Below are positions 1-13,784 of a stretch of DNA of 64,000 bases, piece by piece. The first letter of the stretch is position 1. Each line of letters opens with the position of its first letter. Source of the stretch: Antedon mediterranea (lineage: Eukaryota; Animalia; Echinodermata); assembly GCF_964355755.1 (NCBI RefSeq), contig NC_092678.1, forward strand, positions 8,696,422 to 8,760,421, written 5' to 3'. Made by a program: the position numbers and the translations under genes. The notes below the pieces were generated by a model that was not told the DNA's origin, made no database searches, and saw only the letters and a program-made list of their open reading frames with translations.

Positions 1-59
1 AAAATAAACAAAGATATTATATGTAAAAAAGCAATAATAAAAGCATTCAATGAACATGT

Positions 60-1010
60 ATGTTGCAATAAAGGTCGCTCAGTATCAGGTGGAGGCCTGA
101 ATAGTCGAGCGCCTTTCAAACGCCGAACATACATAATTCATAACTGGCTTGATGATATAGGGATCATTTGCACCTATAATAAATATAAATTTATCATTTT
201 GTGACATAATTTTGAAGTTTAGATTAAAATCTAGATCCGAGATCAATGCCGTTCTGATGGCATCATAAATGGGGCAATATAGCATTGAAATGGATCTCAT
301 CTTCAATATCGCCACCTTTACAAAGAGTAAACAATTTTTGTTTGCATCTGTTTTGGGAATTGTGTAGCAACCTCTCTCGATTTCAAGAGCATGCGCACTA
401 ACTCTTAGCTTGCTAAACTGACATCTTTTATTTCTTTTATATAAAAACGTATAATTCTCTATACAGAAGGACTTTTTATAATTATGTACAAAAGGATTGT
501 AATTTTGGTTGATGGTTTTGTATCATATTAAGCCATTGGTTATCATACCTTTTTTGTATTATCGATAAAATATTTAGGTTAAAATTAATGTTTACATTAC
601 AAGGCCTTTGCCAGATATGTGTTGCCTCGATAGATTCCAGAATACGTCGTATTCCAGAGGACCATGTAAAGCTTTTTTGGCATGCGTACTGTGAGTCTAA
701 TTTTCTATTCTCTAAAGGGCATCAAAAACCAGTGAATCGATCCCATTGTAACACATGTTATTTAATTTTAACCAGTATTTAATGGAAGAACATAGCAATG
801 AAATTAGAATTTGATATGAGCCTAATTCTCCTCTAATAGCATGGTTGGATGCTTTTTTGTTTACTCCAAGCATATCTTTGCATATTTTAATATTAATCGA
901 TTCTCCAGAATATTTATCACATTTATCGATAAAATTATTTTCATTTAAATTTCTTAATAAATAAGGAGCCCATACTTCATTTCCGTAACTCACAATAGGA
1001 TTAATTAAAC
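60..1010 (-). mobile_element. Decayed 3' part of a non-LTR retrotransposon (LINE) ORF2
   Basis: Minus-strand fragments SYGNEVW..LGVNKKASNHAIRGELG (712-993) and KLRVSAHALEIERGCY..LCK..IEDEIHF (~290-430) are typical of the LINE ORF2 C-terminus and zinc knuckle; frameshifted. Confidence 0.8.
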
Positions 1011-1276
1011 TTAATCATACAGTAGTGTATACTGTATATACCTATACGTCACACAAAATAGAGAGCGCACTGACATTTTTTCAATGGCATTATCGTTTTT
1101 CTGTGTACAATATTCTAACGTATGACGTTCACGTGGCGTTTGCGCTGCGGATAACCTAACTCGTCCGTAGTGACGAGTTCAAATCTAGTTTATATTATAA
1201 CTAACAGTACCAACACTCACAATGAGAAATTTGCGATTCAAATCAAATCAAAAATGGTTAATACATATTTACAGTA

Positions 1277-1538
1277 CTAGAGGGTGAGCTCGTTTCGCTC
1301 GCTTCCCCTCTAGGATGGTTCTCGGAATGCATGATAATGACTCGGGTAAAAAGATTTACGTTCTCCTTGTACGTTTTCTGTCGTTTACCATTATTGAAAA
1401 TGCTTGACATTCGTAAAACTAAACGTAATTTGTTTCACAGTGTCTTAGATGATTAATAACATTTTAAAGTATAGTTGTTATTGTTTGGTAGGGCCCTTAT
1501 TGGGCGGAGGTGGGGAGACGTAAATTTATATATATAGA
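1277..1538 (-). mobile_element. Short non-autonomous Helitron (262 bp)
   Basis: On the minus strand it starts A|TCTATATATATAAATTTACG and ends in a GCGAGCGAAACGAGC hairpin plus CTAG|T, with no TSD. The 3' half recurs at 15422-15630. Confidence 0.75.
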
Positions 1539-1715
1539 TGAGACATCATGTAAGAACGCGTCATTCACACAATCCACAATTACAATATTCAACAGTATAC
1601 CAAAAGAAGTGGGTGCTTGTCAGTTTGGTAACCATTTAAATGTACAGTAGGCCTACATACTTGCTAGACAACATTCATAAACAAAAACAATTATGTACAC
1701 AAAAAAAACAAACAT

Positions 1716-4700
1716 GTGTCGTCCACGACCGGTCACCTTGCGGGGAATAGGGAGGAATTTATAAGCGCGACCACGCTAAATGACATTAAAGCTGCAAAGG
1801 ATTTACTATGTGCGTGTGTCCCCGATAAGGAAAATAATGTGCACAAACCAAGACGAAAAGGTGATATTATAGTAACTGACATGCTCAGTTACCTGGTAAA
1901 TTGTGATGCATCGTCTTTGCCTACTTTCACAGCTGCAAATCTGTCTAAAATCCCATTTGTAGATGTGGAACACATTGATGCAACTTTGCTGCTCAGAGAG
2001 ATTCACAAACTGCGATCGGATTTTACCATGATGAAGGCAGATATCGCTTATGCAACTAATCAGAGATGCAAATTGGCTCAGCAAGTGAGAGAAGCTATGC
2101 AGACACAGCATTCTCCTGCACTGACTACCCGTAAACCTGAGAATTATCCAACAAAGCAAATAGTTATTCCTGACGAACCGCATTATAAACCACATGATTG
2201 TAAGAATTCTCAAATTCCGTCCGCTGAAGCAATTGTTGGTGAAATTTCCAAGAATATAGAAGGGAATCCTCGTAAGGGGAATCCCCATACCAAAGAAGCC
2301 GATGTTCCACCTGCATCATCAGCTTGTATTCCTGTTAATCCAATGAACACATTCGCGTCTGCTGTAAAGAACACAAAGGTGAGCTCAGGCTGGAGTGAAG
2401 ATGAGGATGGATTTCGCTTTCAAAGAAGAAAACAACGCCGTCAGTCCAAATTTAAACGAGGAACCGGTGATGAGGGTATTGAACTTAAGGCTAGGCCTCC
2501 ACCACCTTACAAACTATACCTGGGTAATATGGATAATGACACTAAAGCAGCAGATGTGCAATCATACCTGAAAAGAGCCAAGAACATTACTGTCACCGTC
2601 AATGCTCTTGAAAGTAAACGAACAGACTGTGCCTCTTTCATGATACAATGTGAATTAATGACAAAGATATTGTTAATGATACTAATATCTGGCCAAAGTA
2701 TGCTTTCATTAGGAGGTTTTATGAACCTAAATATAAGCAGGGTAATGAAAGACTCACATAAAATTAACAAACTTAGGGTAGTCTCCCTTAACTGTAATTC
2801 TTTTAAATCTGCTCAAAAAGAAATTTATGATCTCTGTGATGTTCATGACATTGTATGTTTACAAGAGATTTGGTTGACAAATGATGAGCTACCCATGCTT
2901 AAAAATTTTCACCCCGATTTTGATTGTTTTAGTGTTTCCCCCATGGATTCGGCCTCTTTACTTGTGATACAGCCATATGAGGGTGTAGCGACACTATTTA
3001 GGAAAACATTACACGATGTTGTTAAACTTGTTGATCTTAAAGATAATAGGCTTGTCGCTATTGAGGTTGGCAAGGGTAGGGATAAAACCTTATTTGTTAA
3101 CCTGTACTTACCCTATGAATGCGACGACAACTTTGGTGAATATTTACAATATTTAGGTAAAATCGAAAGTATTGTTGAAGAGTTTGACAATGACAAAGTA
3201 GTCCTTGTTGGTGATTTTAATTCTGATCCTAAGAAAAAATTCGGTAACGAATTGATTGATTTTTGCACTGAGTATAACTTGGTTATATCTGATTTGGAAT
3301 ACTTTGGTCATTACTCAGATACGTTTACTTATTTTAGTGATGCTCACAGTACCACAAGTTGGTTAGACCATGTTGTGAGCACTCATAGTTCACATTCTCT
3401 GCTGTGTAATTTTATAGTTAATTATGATTTTATGTGTTCTGATCACTTTCCTATTTCGTTTGACTATTTAGGCATTGATATTTGTGATGATTGTAATGAC
3501 AAGGGTGAAAATATGCATGAATCCTCAAAAATTATCAAAGTTAACTGGAATAATGTTAAGAGGGAGGATATAAACAATTTTAATGAGATAACTGAATCCT
3601 TACTTAGTAACCTTACTCTCAATTGCGATGGAATACTTTGTAATGATTCCTCATGTAAAGATGAATGCCATTGCAATGATATTAGTGATTTATATGACAA
3701 TATTATTGAGTGTCTGAAAGTCAGTTCTGAGTGGTGTTTTAAGTCGACTAAAAATCAAAAAGTCAATGTTGTCCCTGGGTGGAATAACCGAGTAGCTGGA
3801 TTTCATAAACATGCCCGGGAAGCATTTTTGAAGTGGCGTGGGTTGGGTAAACCTAGATATGGCCACATCTATGAACACATTAAAATCAATAGATCTAATT
3901 TCAAAAATGCCCTCAGAAAGTGTAAATCTAACGAAGAAATGCTAAGAGCGGACTCGATGGCCAAGTCTTTTGACGATAAGGACTATAATAGTTTCTGGGG
4001 TAAGGTTAAGAAATCCAGCTACGCCAATTTCCAGTCTAATATTATTGGTAGTGTTAAGGGGGAAAATGACATTTGTGACCTATGGCGTCAACATTTCTCC
4101 GATTTATTTAATAGTATTGACTCATCTGAGCATAAGACTGTTGTTAATGAAACTCTTGAAAACTGTATAGACGGTTAAATTGATGTTTCACCCCATAATA
4201 TTAAGCTATTAATTGATAAATTGCCCAATGCTAAAGCAGCGGGATATGATGGTCTATGCAATGAGCATTTCAAATTCGCTTCTGAGCGACTTAGTATTAT
4301 TTTAAGTGTATGTTTTAAGGTTATGTTTGTTCACGGGTTTGTTCCAAGTAATCTCACAAAAGTCACGCTTGTGCCGGTAATTAAATCTAAATCAGGGAAT
4401 ATCACTGATAAAGGGAATTATCGGCCAATAGCTTTGGCATGTGTAGCTTCTAAACTTCTAGAGTCTGTAATGATACAACATTGTGGTAATTCACTGGACT
4501 CCCATGACAACCAGTTTGCCTTCAAATCTGGTCACTCAACCGAATTGTGTATATTTGCTCTTAAACAGATTGTCGAGCATTACAACAATCATGGTAGCCC
4601 AGTTTATTGCTGTTTCTTGGACGCTAGCAAAGCCTTTGGTAAAGTGAACCACTGGACACTTTTCAAGACCCTAATTGACAGGGGTACCCCTTCACCTGTA

Positions 4701-5652
4701 GTTAAGATACTGGCTCCGTCAGTGACTGGCTAGACTTGCCCCAAGTCTGTATTGTTTTTTATTTTTATTTATTTGTTTTTATTTCGACCCCGATTTTTGT
4801 CTGAACAAACTCAAGTAATACACGTATGAAACGCCATATGTGCAAAAATATTTATATTTTTACTAATATTAAGAAAAAACTCCGTCTGGAGCCCAGACTA
4901 GTGACTGGCTTACAAAGCCTAATTGGACTCTTCGAAGGTTTTGCTAGTGACCATGATATTACTTTTAATGAAACCAAATCCAAATGCTTGCTATTTTGCC
5001 CGAAAGTCCGCAACCTCAAAGGTGTTCCACATATTACCTTAAATGGGGCACCTCTAATCGTTGATAATTCAATAACCTATCTTGGTCATGTGATCAGTAA
5101 TAACCTGAGTGATGAAAGTGACATCAAACGTCAATATCGATCTATTTGCATTAGGGCCAACTCTCTAAATAGAAAGTTTGGAAAAATGTTCCACTAAGAC
5201 TAAATGTTATCTATTTAAGAGTTACTGTGGCAGCATGTACTGTTCAACCTTATGGTGTAGATATAATAAGAGCACTCTGAGATCACTTAAAGTATGTTAT
5301 AACAATGCCTTACGTTTGCTGCTGAAGCAGCCTAGACATTGTAGTTCAAGCATGATGTTTGTCTTAAATGACGTCCCATCCTTTGATGAGTTCATTAGAA
5401 AATCTGTTTTTAGTTTTAAAAATCGTGTGAACGCAAGTAGTAATTCCTTGATCATGGCCATTAATCGCCACGTTCTTAATGTGTCAAGAATGCACATACA
5501 ATGGAATGCTTTGTTGCATTGACTTTATATATTTACATATCTTTGTTTTTGTTCTATGAGCTGTTAGATTAAGATTTTTTTTCTCTCTTTTGCTATGGAT
5601 ATAATATTATGTCACCATGATATTCCGAAATAAAAAGATAAATAAAAAAAAA
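1716..5652 (+). mobile_element. LINE retrotransposon (Proto2-like), ORF1 plus APE endonuclease/RT ORF2, inactivated
   Basis: ORF1 has LPTFTAANLSKIPFVDVEHID and an RRM-like end. APE motifs: SLNCNS, CLQEIWL, GDFN, LDH, SDHFPI. RT motifs: NYRPIAL, QFAFK, FLDASKAF. Stop at 4178, YADD region deleted, AATAAA/A-rich tail at ~5628-5652. Clade assignment is from recall. Confidence 0.85.
4731..4900. mobile_element. 170-bp non-autonomous DNA transposon with TAG..CTA termini and 9-bp TSD (AcademH-like)
   Basis: GTGACTGGC is duplicated at 4722-4730 and 4901-4909; ends are TAGACTTG.. and ..CCAGACTA; it interrupts LINE RT codons. Confidence 0.8.
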
Positions 5653-6115
5653 TGAAAATAATAACATCACTACCTTTTTCATATGACAATCTTTATGGAT
5701 CATATTATAACCATCAATATCAATGTGACAACATTACTTTTAGTGTTTTAATTTGAATTGATTTACAGCATTTTGGAATGTTATTTTTTTTAAATTTCTT
5801 TTTTACTTAAAATGTGAATTAGTTGTACAGTTGTGCATTTTGTGCTATTAGACGAAATTCATCAATCTTGTTTCTGATACTTCTGGCATTTAGGTTATAT
5901 TAAGTACTGTTAAGAAAGTTTGGAATATGGTTAGTGAAAAAAGAATATTGTTGAAATCACTGATTTGCTAAGCATTTGTTTTATATTGATTTGTATAGCC
6001 TAATATGATTTAAGAAAACTTTATTAAAACACACATTTTTTGTTCATACATCGCTAAAATAGATTTCATAGTTTGTGATTACGACATATAATGTTATAAT
6101 TTTTTATTATTAAAG

Positions 6116-8777
6116 GTGTGAATGGTTTAGCTGTTGACGGAGATGGAAAGAAACTTTATTGGACAAGTAGTTCAAGAGAGAGCATTGAAGTAATAAATAT
6201 GGATGGAACGAACAGATCAATTTTGTTTGTTACAGAATTATCCTGGCCAAGTGCAATCAAGTTAGACACAACTAACGGGTAAATTATGCCACTCTTTCTA
6301 TATTACAAAATAAATATCACTTGCTGCTCAAGGGAGATCATCTAGTCAACGTCATAATCGTCGATCAATAAGCAAAATAAATTGCAATAAATAAAATACA
6401 TAGGTAAAAATGATTTTTGACATTAGTTTTGCAAATTTAATTACTTTTACTTTCGTATAGTAATCTTTTGAATATAATTTCCTTTTGCTCTACTTTGTTT
6501 ATTTGATCTATCTTTTCCCAATGAATGAATGAACGAACGAACTAACGAACGAACTAACGAACGAACGAACGAACGAACGGACGGACGGACGGACGGATGG
6601 ACGGACGGATGGATGGATGGATCAAATAACGGACGGACGATTGCACGCATGGACGAACGAACAAATGCATGAATGAATGAATAAACACATTTATAAAATA
6701 CCAGTAGAGAATAGTCATAATAATAAAGTACACAGATTATAAGTGTACATACTTTGGATTAACATTGCTATCTAACTCGGTCCCTTGTTAAATAGAACAG
6801 TAAAATCACCATTCAACTCAATGTCACTATTTGAAGTAGTTTTAAACGTAGTAGTTATACTTATACCCCAGATACTTGTACTGGACAGATACGTCCACTT
6901 TTGATAGGATAGAACGAGTAAAGTTAAATGACTTGAGTACAAGAACCGCTATAGTAACAACTGGACTTTTACGACCACGTGGACTTGTGTTAGCAGTTCC
7001 AGGTAAGATATGAACTATGATTAGTTATTTGTTATGTTATCTATTTAAGTTGGTCTTACAGTATGATTTCGATGTTACTTTTCCTTAAGATTTCTATTGT
7101 TATTTAGTGATCTTATGATGCAAGTATTTTTACTTCACATTTGAATCCTAAAAAAAAGAAGTCTGTATTATTTACCTTTTATCGTTTCTGTGGTGATGAC
7201 TTTTTGAATAAATGTTTATGAATGTTGTTATTTATACAGTAATGGTAACTGGTAACTTTACCAAAATGTTCATTTAGATGTTTTTTTTATTTCCAGACTT
7301 ATAAAATGTGTAGTTTATAATTATTGTAATAGTTTTAATGAACTATAATTAAGACGAATTGATGACACTTCATAAAAACACATCAATTTCATTACATAGT
7401 GCCTGTAGTCAAATTCTCACTTTGTAGATAAATACAATCCGATGAGTTGCCAAGAATAACAGGGCTCTTGCGAGTAAAATACGTGTAGGGGACGCGCACC
7501 AGTCGAATCAATAAGGCAGATAACACTTGTTTTTCATGTATCGTGATATTTATATTTTCTATTATAATCTACCTATTAGGGGCATGTTGGTAATGCTAGA
7601 TGGCAAAGCTTTACATACAAACGTTATGTTTTATAATGCAATGTGTTGATTTCATTCACTATATTTTCAGACCATTCAACATTTTAGAGTTATTATTATT
7701 ATTGTTTGAAAACCGCTCACGTACAATTTTATTAAAGAGTAAGCAAGTTATAACTATTGCACCTAATCAAAATATTCGATTCTCATCATTATTGTCTTAA
7801 TTTGCTATTTTCAAGATGACAAGATGTATTGGTGTGATTCAAATAGTGGTAAAATTGAAGAGGCTAACCTTGATGGAATTAACAGAAGAACGATTTTAAC
7901 TGAAAGGGATCCTTTAAATATTGACATATATGGAAAGTATTTATACTGGACAGAAGAGTACGGTGGAATTTATAGAGTTGATAGACACACTGGAGTATCA
8001 TCATTGCAGAGTAGAGATAGTCGGCTTAAGAAGCCAAGAAACTTATATATTTTAAAAAGTAAATATTTGTTTACTTTGTTTTTTTTTTTTGCAATATTAA
8101 ATGTACTAAATAGCGTAGAATAAAAGTTGTCATTAAAGTAGACCTACTATGGTAAAGTATTATGTTTGTCACGATACGGTTTAACTTCAATGATTGCAAT
8201 CGTTGGATTGATTTTTAGCGTTGAGTTACCCCATTTCCTGTAAAACCGCAATTAAAAAACTGAACGTCGATTGAAAACACAGGGCAACTGTTCGCTAAAC
8301 TACACTGTTATGCAAATGTATATAATGTTGACGTCATTTGTTTAAGTTGAAGTTTACGTGCTCGTACGAAAACTCCCTAAATAAATGTACAAGACACCAC
8401 CACCGTTGAAAATGTGAGGATAATGAAAATATGTCGACTTATAAAAACCTTGATTTTCTTTGTTCTAGCACACAAACTATGGAATAATATTAATTCTACG
8501 TTTTTCTGTAGGTGTAGTATCAACGGTTATATTGAAAAACGTGTTTCTATTATGCCTACCTATTTTAGAATTAGGAATAATTCATATATAGATAATAATA
8601 ACTATATAGATAATAATAATTTCAGCTCCCAGATTGATGAATGCGAGCGCAACCGTAGAGGATTCAACAACCTACTATGGAATAGGAGACGAAGTGAAGA
8701 CGGACTTTTTGGTTAACACTACTGTATTGACATCCGAAACAGGCTTTAAAGTCACTCTTACAGCTGAACATATGGAG
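6116..8777 (+). CDS. LDL-receptor class B (YWTD) beta-propeller protein, internal exons (LRP-like), partial
   Basis: Phase-compatible GT-AG exons 6116-6278 (GLAVDGDGKKLYWTS), 6872-7002 (YLYWTD), 7816-8058 (KMYWCD, YLYWTE) and 8626-8777. Start and end of the gene are not resolved; a possible further exon lies at ~13498-13590. Confidence 0.85.
6520..6682. repeat. Compound tetranucleotide microsatellite (GAAT/GAAC/GGAC/GGAT)
   Basis: Tandem 4-mers seen directly in the intron. Confidence 0.9.
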
Positions 8778-8908
8778 GTATTAAACCACAAAATAATGTA
8801 TACATATATTAAAGTACTGCTGAAAAATTCAATTGTCAGTTATATATATTATTTTCTTTTCTATTTTCATTTATTCTCAAATGAAATTGGACTGAATATA
8901 ATGTTTTG

Positions 8909-9160
8909 CTATAGGCCTAAGGTAATTATTTGGCTGTAATTGTGTTGTTTATGTTGGAGGTATCCAGGCAGTAGCAGTAGTAATTCCCAGTGGTTTTCTT
9001 TGTTTTTGCGAGTTTTGTTGACATCGTGGTCTACTGCAATAACTCTGAAATTTGCAATCGAGTGACCAGCTGAATTACAATTTTCGGCTACAGGTTGATC
9101 ATGCTTTAATGTTTTGATAGCTGATTTGTGTTGTGTTATTCTCATACGGAGTCGAGTCGC
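8909..9160 (-). mobile_element. Penelope-like retroelement fragment (GIY-YIG endonuclease C-terminal part)
   Basis: RITQHKSAIK..QPVAENCNSAGHS..FRVIAVD..RKNKENHW resembles the Penelope GIY-YIG region. Confidence 0.7.
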
Positions 9161-9944
9161 CCCAACCGAGATTCGAACCCATTAGTACAAACTCGAACAT
9201 TTTCTATCTTTTTTCATTATTTTCTGTTTTTCCTCATTGATATCATAATTTTAAACTTTTAGTATCATACCATTAGTAAATTTTAGCATTCATTTAGTAT
9301 TTTTGTTTTCTGAATTACTAAACATTAATACAAAGTATTTACTTCTTAACATTCTTTTTTTTGTTAAATACTCTATAACAATAACAGTAACCAAATGTAT
9401 ATTAATAAAATACTTAACTACATACTTCAAATACATTTGCAGTTTCTTTCGTTCAGTTTAAAATGAACCATCCTAATAATACGGTACATATTTTTATTTT
9501 AAAAGATTTAGTGGTATTTCAATTTGTAAACATATTTTATTGAATGAACATTTACATTTTTATTTCGTTCGTGTTTTGTCTGTGTTAAGTGGTGTACACT
9601 TTTTTGGTTGTATGCAATAAATAAGTTTAGGCATATGCGTTTATAACGGAGTAAACATTGTATTTGTTTGCGATACTCATTTTATGTCAAGGCTTAGGGT
9701 TTGACGTTATAGTTCAAATTGTTCACATCTTTTATCATATTTATAAAATGTTGAATTCGACAAACATTAAACGGCAATAGTCGGATCACTATTAATACTA
9801 GATTTGTTTTTCCTATTGTTTTTAGTTTAGGCCAACTATTTGGATAAAAACAAATGCTAATTTACATAGATAATTGTTTAGCATATTCACGATACAACAT
9901 AGTCTTGGATCCAGACGGAGTTTTGTCTTAATATTATTAGAAAT

Positions 9945-12900
9945 ATACTGAGTCAACCTATTTTTTTATGTTTAGCTTATTTACATTGTAAAGATACTGA
10001 TAAACCATTAACATGCGAATTATATTGTGAACTTCTTTCAGAAGTACTTCCAATACAAAATGAAGATATTAGCCTAGGCCTAATGCAAACATTATTGTTT
10101 TAGGTGATTTTAATAGTAAAATTGAAAATAATACCAAACAATAGGAGATGATATAATTAAGTATAACGGTAATTAATGGTCTAATCAATTTTTGTGAGGA
10201 TAGTAACCTCACAATAATAAATACCTGTGGCAAATGTATTGGGAAATTTACATGGACCAAGGTTAATCATAATAGTATATAAGATTATGTACTTGTATCT
10301 CGAAATGTATATGATATTACTAAGGAACTTGTAATTGATGATCTATGTATTTATCATCTTGGTAGTAATCATAACATATTGTTATTAGAATTAATAAACA
10401 ATACATTAGAAACCAATAGTAATAAATATAACAACGAGGATACTAATAAAATCATTTGGAACAGAGATATCAACTGGATACCATTCCAGAATGGAATTAA
10501 AGACAAAATTGAAAATTGGGAACCATCCTCATTAAACATTAAAGGGGGGTTCCAGATTTAAAATGAATAGTAAAACATATAAAATATATTTGTCTCTTGA
10601 ACGGTAATAAATAGTTTCAATTTATATAAGCGCCCAGTAAAGCAGAACGAAGGCTGTGAAAAGAGGCCAGATTACAAGTGCAGCTACGGCAAAATCACAC
10701 TGTGGTTACAGAATAGGAAATTTGTGAAAGTGTCAATCTTCCGACGACTCGTTGTCATTAACCATATCAATTACTTTTGTAAAATTATACTTATCTGATG
10801 TAATTTTAGTCGGTCTTCCCATTTATAAAGTCATTTTTCTATGAAAATTCATCACAATTGTGTAAAATCATTTGGAGATTCAGTTTACGTTTGCAGATTT
10901 TCGCACTGACTTGGAGAAAATCCTTCAAAATCAATGAAGCGTAACGTACACTCTACATTCCTGAGGAGCGAGGTGACGATACACGTGCTCTTTACTGCCA
11001 TGCCTGGCATCGTCACGTGATAAGTAGATCAGTATACAGTCAACTCTCCCAATACCGGACACCCTTGGGCGGGCATAAATTTTCCGGTTTTTCGAAAGTC
11101 CGGTTTCCTGAAAACATATTTTTAAAGTCATCACGTTGTCACTGAAAATGCTTTGAATCACCGGTCCGAATGCTGCCCGGTACGGTCTAGCGTAGGGAAG
11201 GCCTAGGCTATGATTGTGTCAAGCTAGTTTTAATTAAATAAATACTGATAGGCCTACTTTATTAATATTAAGCTAATTCAATTTACCTTTTTTAAAAGTT
11301 ACATTATTTACTGTACCAATAAAACATGTTACAGTAGTAAATTATTGTTTCTCAATGTGTTTTTAGCGGCAAAAAGGCCTAGGCTAGGCCTACGTACGTA
11401 CGGTGAACATCATTTTGGTAGTTTATTGTTTATCGCGAGCTAGCAGCAGCATGGGTGATAAAAAAAAGCAGAGCGGGGCGCGCGGGGCTTTGATTGATGC
11501 GCATGTGCAGAGGTGTCATAATCAAATAAAAACACCCACACTTAGACCACATGTTTTTTAAGCTCCTTTATTTTGACGTAATTTGATAGCAATAAACGAG
11601 CCAAGCAATAATGACACAATAATTAATTGGTAACATTTCAAAGTTTATTAACACTAGTTAAGTCAAGTTCATTCCGTTTACGCTTTGCCATAATGATTTC
11701 CCTTCGGAAGTAATTCCCAGGGTGCTAATTTTAGTTGACTACATAAATCATCGTGTCTATTTATTCGTTTCTGTAAACGACAATGTATTATAGTCCTGCG
11801 GTACGTACATTTGATATCGCCAGTTTTGCTACGCTGAAATTACTGTGTATTCGAGAACCATCTGTGGGCACGACCTAGATGGTACGCGAGCGAAGCGAGC
11901 GTACCATCTAGTTTATATAAAGGGAGAGAATTAGGAATTAATATTTTTGACATAAATATTGGCAGGCTATTCTGGGCTGATTATATAATTCTGAATGGAG
12001 ACAGTGAGCAACATTTAGAATTACTTTTGGATGCAGCAAACGACTTTGCAACAAAATGGAGAATGGTGTTTAATTTTAATAAATCTAATGTTATTGTAGC
12101 TGGACCACGCCTTAATGAATACCGGTATAGAAAATCGCCAATTGGTAATAATTGTATTAATGAAACTAATAATTATAAATATTTGGGGATGTTTGTATCG
12201 AGGAAAATAAAAGATACCTACCATATTGATGAAGAGGGGAATAGAGTATCATATATAAAATCTATAATAAATGGGCAGGAAGACTTCAATAGAATATACT
12301 ATGGTGATATTCTTTGGAAATCAATTGGTATACCAACCATAAATTATGCAAGCAGTATATGGTTATGTGATAATAAGAACTGTATAGAAAAAAATTTAAA
12401 ATAAACAATACCAAATGGCCAGATATCTATTAAAGGCACCCAGATATGTCGCAAAGGAAGCTCTATATGGTGAACTTGGCTGGCAATCAGTTGAATCAAT
12501 ACAGTTGGATAGAATCTTAACATACTTTGATAGGCTAAAAAATATGGAAGAACAGCGCTGGTAATTACTATTTAGAGCTCTCTTTGTACTTAAAGATACA
12601 CTTAGTTGGAAATGGCTCCAAACGATTGAATCCATTTTAAACAAATTTTATTTGCAAATGTTTTTCAATATTGATTATTGTAATAAGTGGCTTAATGGTT
12701 TCAAAGAGAAAACTATTATAGAAGAAAACATAACATGGTTTAACAAGGCTCAAACTAAATCATCCTTAACAAATTACTTAAGATATAAAAATGAACCTAA
12801 AGTTGAAAAATACTTATTGGAAAAACGTAGCTACCATGCATCAAGTGTAAAATTCAAAGCTCGTTCTAACTCATTACCACTCGAAGGAAGAAATGAAGCT

Positions 12901-13314
12901 TGGTCACCACAAAAAATAAAGAAGATCTATATCACAATGATTTGCATAAAATATGGGCTCACCTGAACTTAAATATCACCTTTTTTTGACGACCTAGAAA
13001 TTCATGAAGAGTATTAGCAAGTTACATCTTTGACAAATATTGTAAATTATTTTTAACAACTGCATGGAAAGAACTCAACGAAATTTATAATATCCTTCCA
13101 TAACACAATCTTTTACTTTTCGCTCAAATGTATTGAATGTATTTTTATAACCTACAGTAATGTTTATATAATTTTTAATGTAATAATATTTATAAATGTT
13201 TTTATTTGATTGTGTATTAAGATAATAAGTCCATATCTATTTTATTTTGTTGCACATCTCTTGAGAATTGTGCCTTGTTATAAAAGAGAAACAATAAAGT
13301 TATTATTATTATTA
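9945..13314 (+). mobile_element. Decayed LINE (APE endonuclease and RT fragments, (TTA)n tail), interrupted by a Helitron
   Basis: IIVLGDFN/GKFTW/DYVL at ~10090-10300. RT remnants LFWAD, KWRMVFNFNKSNV, ALYGELGW and KARSNSLPLEGR at 11912-12960. AATAAA plus (TTA)n at 13293-13314. Confidence 0.8.
11703..11911 (+). mobile_element. Helitron 3' end (family B); 5' body probably extends to ~10600
   Basis: Matches the reverse complement of 22070-22257 and ends CTAGATGGTACGCGAGCGAAGCGAGCGTACCATCTAG|T. Confidence 0.75.
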
Positions 13315-13784
13315 CTGTATTAGTAAAGGAAAAATATTTTGGCACATATGACGTTTCATACCTATACTACTTGAGCTTGGATACTGTATTTTTAGACAAA
13401 AATCGAAATAAAACCAAATAAATAAAAAAAGACAATAAATATAGACTTGGAGCAAGTGTAGATATAATAATAGGATTATTATATGTTTCTTTTCAGATAA
13501 AGAAGTGTTTCAAACAAGGTTCAAACAAACACTGGGTCAACGGATCAATTAATATTCTAGGGTCGTTACACATCAATGTGGGGAAAAAAGGCAAGCGAAG
13601 CGTCTGTGATCCGCCGTAGTATAGAAAGTTATTCATCCTAGCAGTGGATAACCATCGTGTCAAGCGAGAGCCTCTACAAAATAGTTTTATAGTATAGTAA
13701 GGTTCATCCTCATCACAATTAACACATGTCAAATATTACCTTCTCCCACTCCCCGGCCACCTTCTTAAATCTTTAAAATAAGAT

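Larger units (their letters stand above)
9900..13460. mobile_element. Second copy of the 170-bp TAG..CTA MITE (inverted), split by a LINE insertion
   Basis: 9900-9940 (TAGTCTTGGATCCAGACGGAGTTTT) and 13318-13460 match the reverse complement of the two parts of 4731-4900. Confidence 0.7.

Noticed and set aside
1716-4178. Apparent natural ORF1-ORF2 fusion (820 aa)
   Set aside because: The true ORF1 end (NDKDIVNDTNIWPKYAFIRRFYEP) lies in another frame after ~2655; a decay frameshift creates the fusion.
6447-6650. ORF with VRPS/VRSL repeats
   Set aside because: It is a translation of a tetranucleotide microsatellite.
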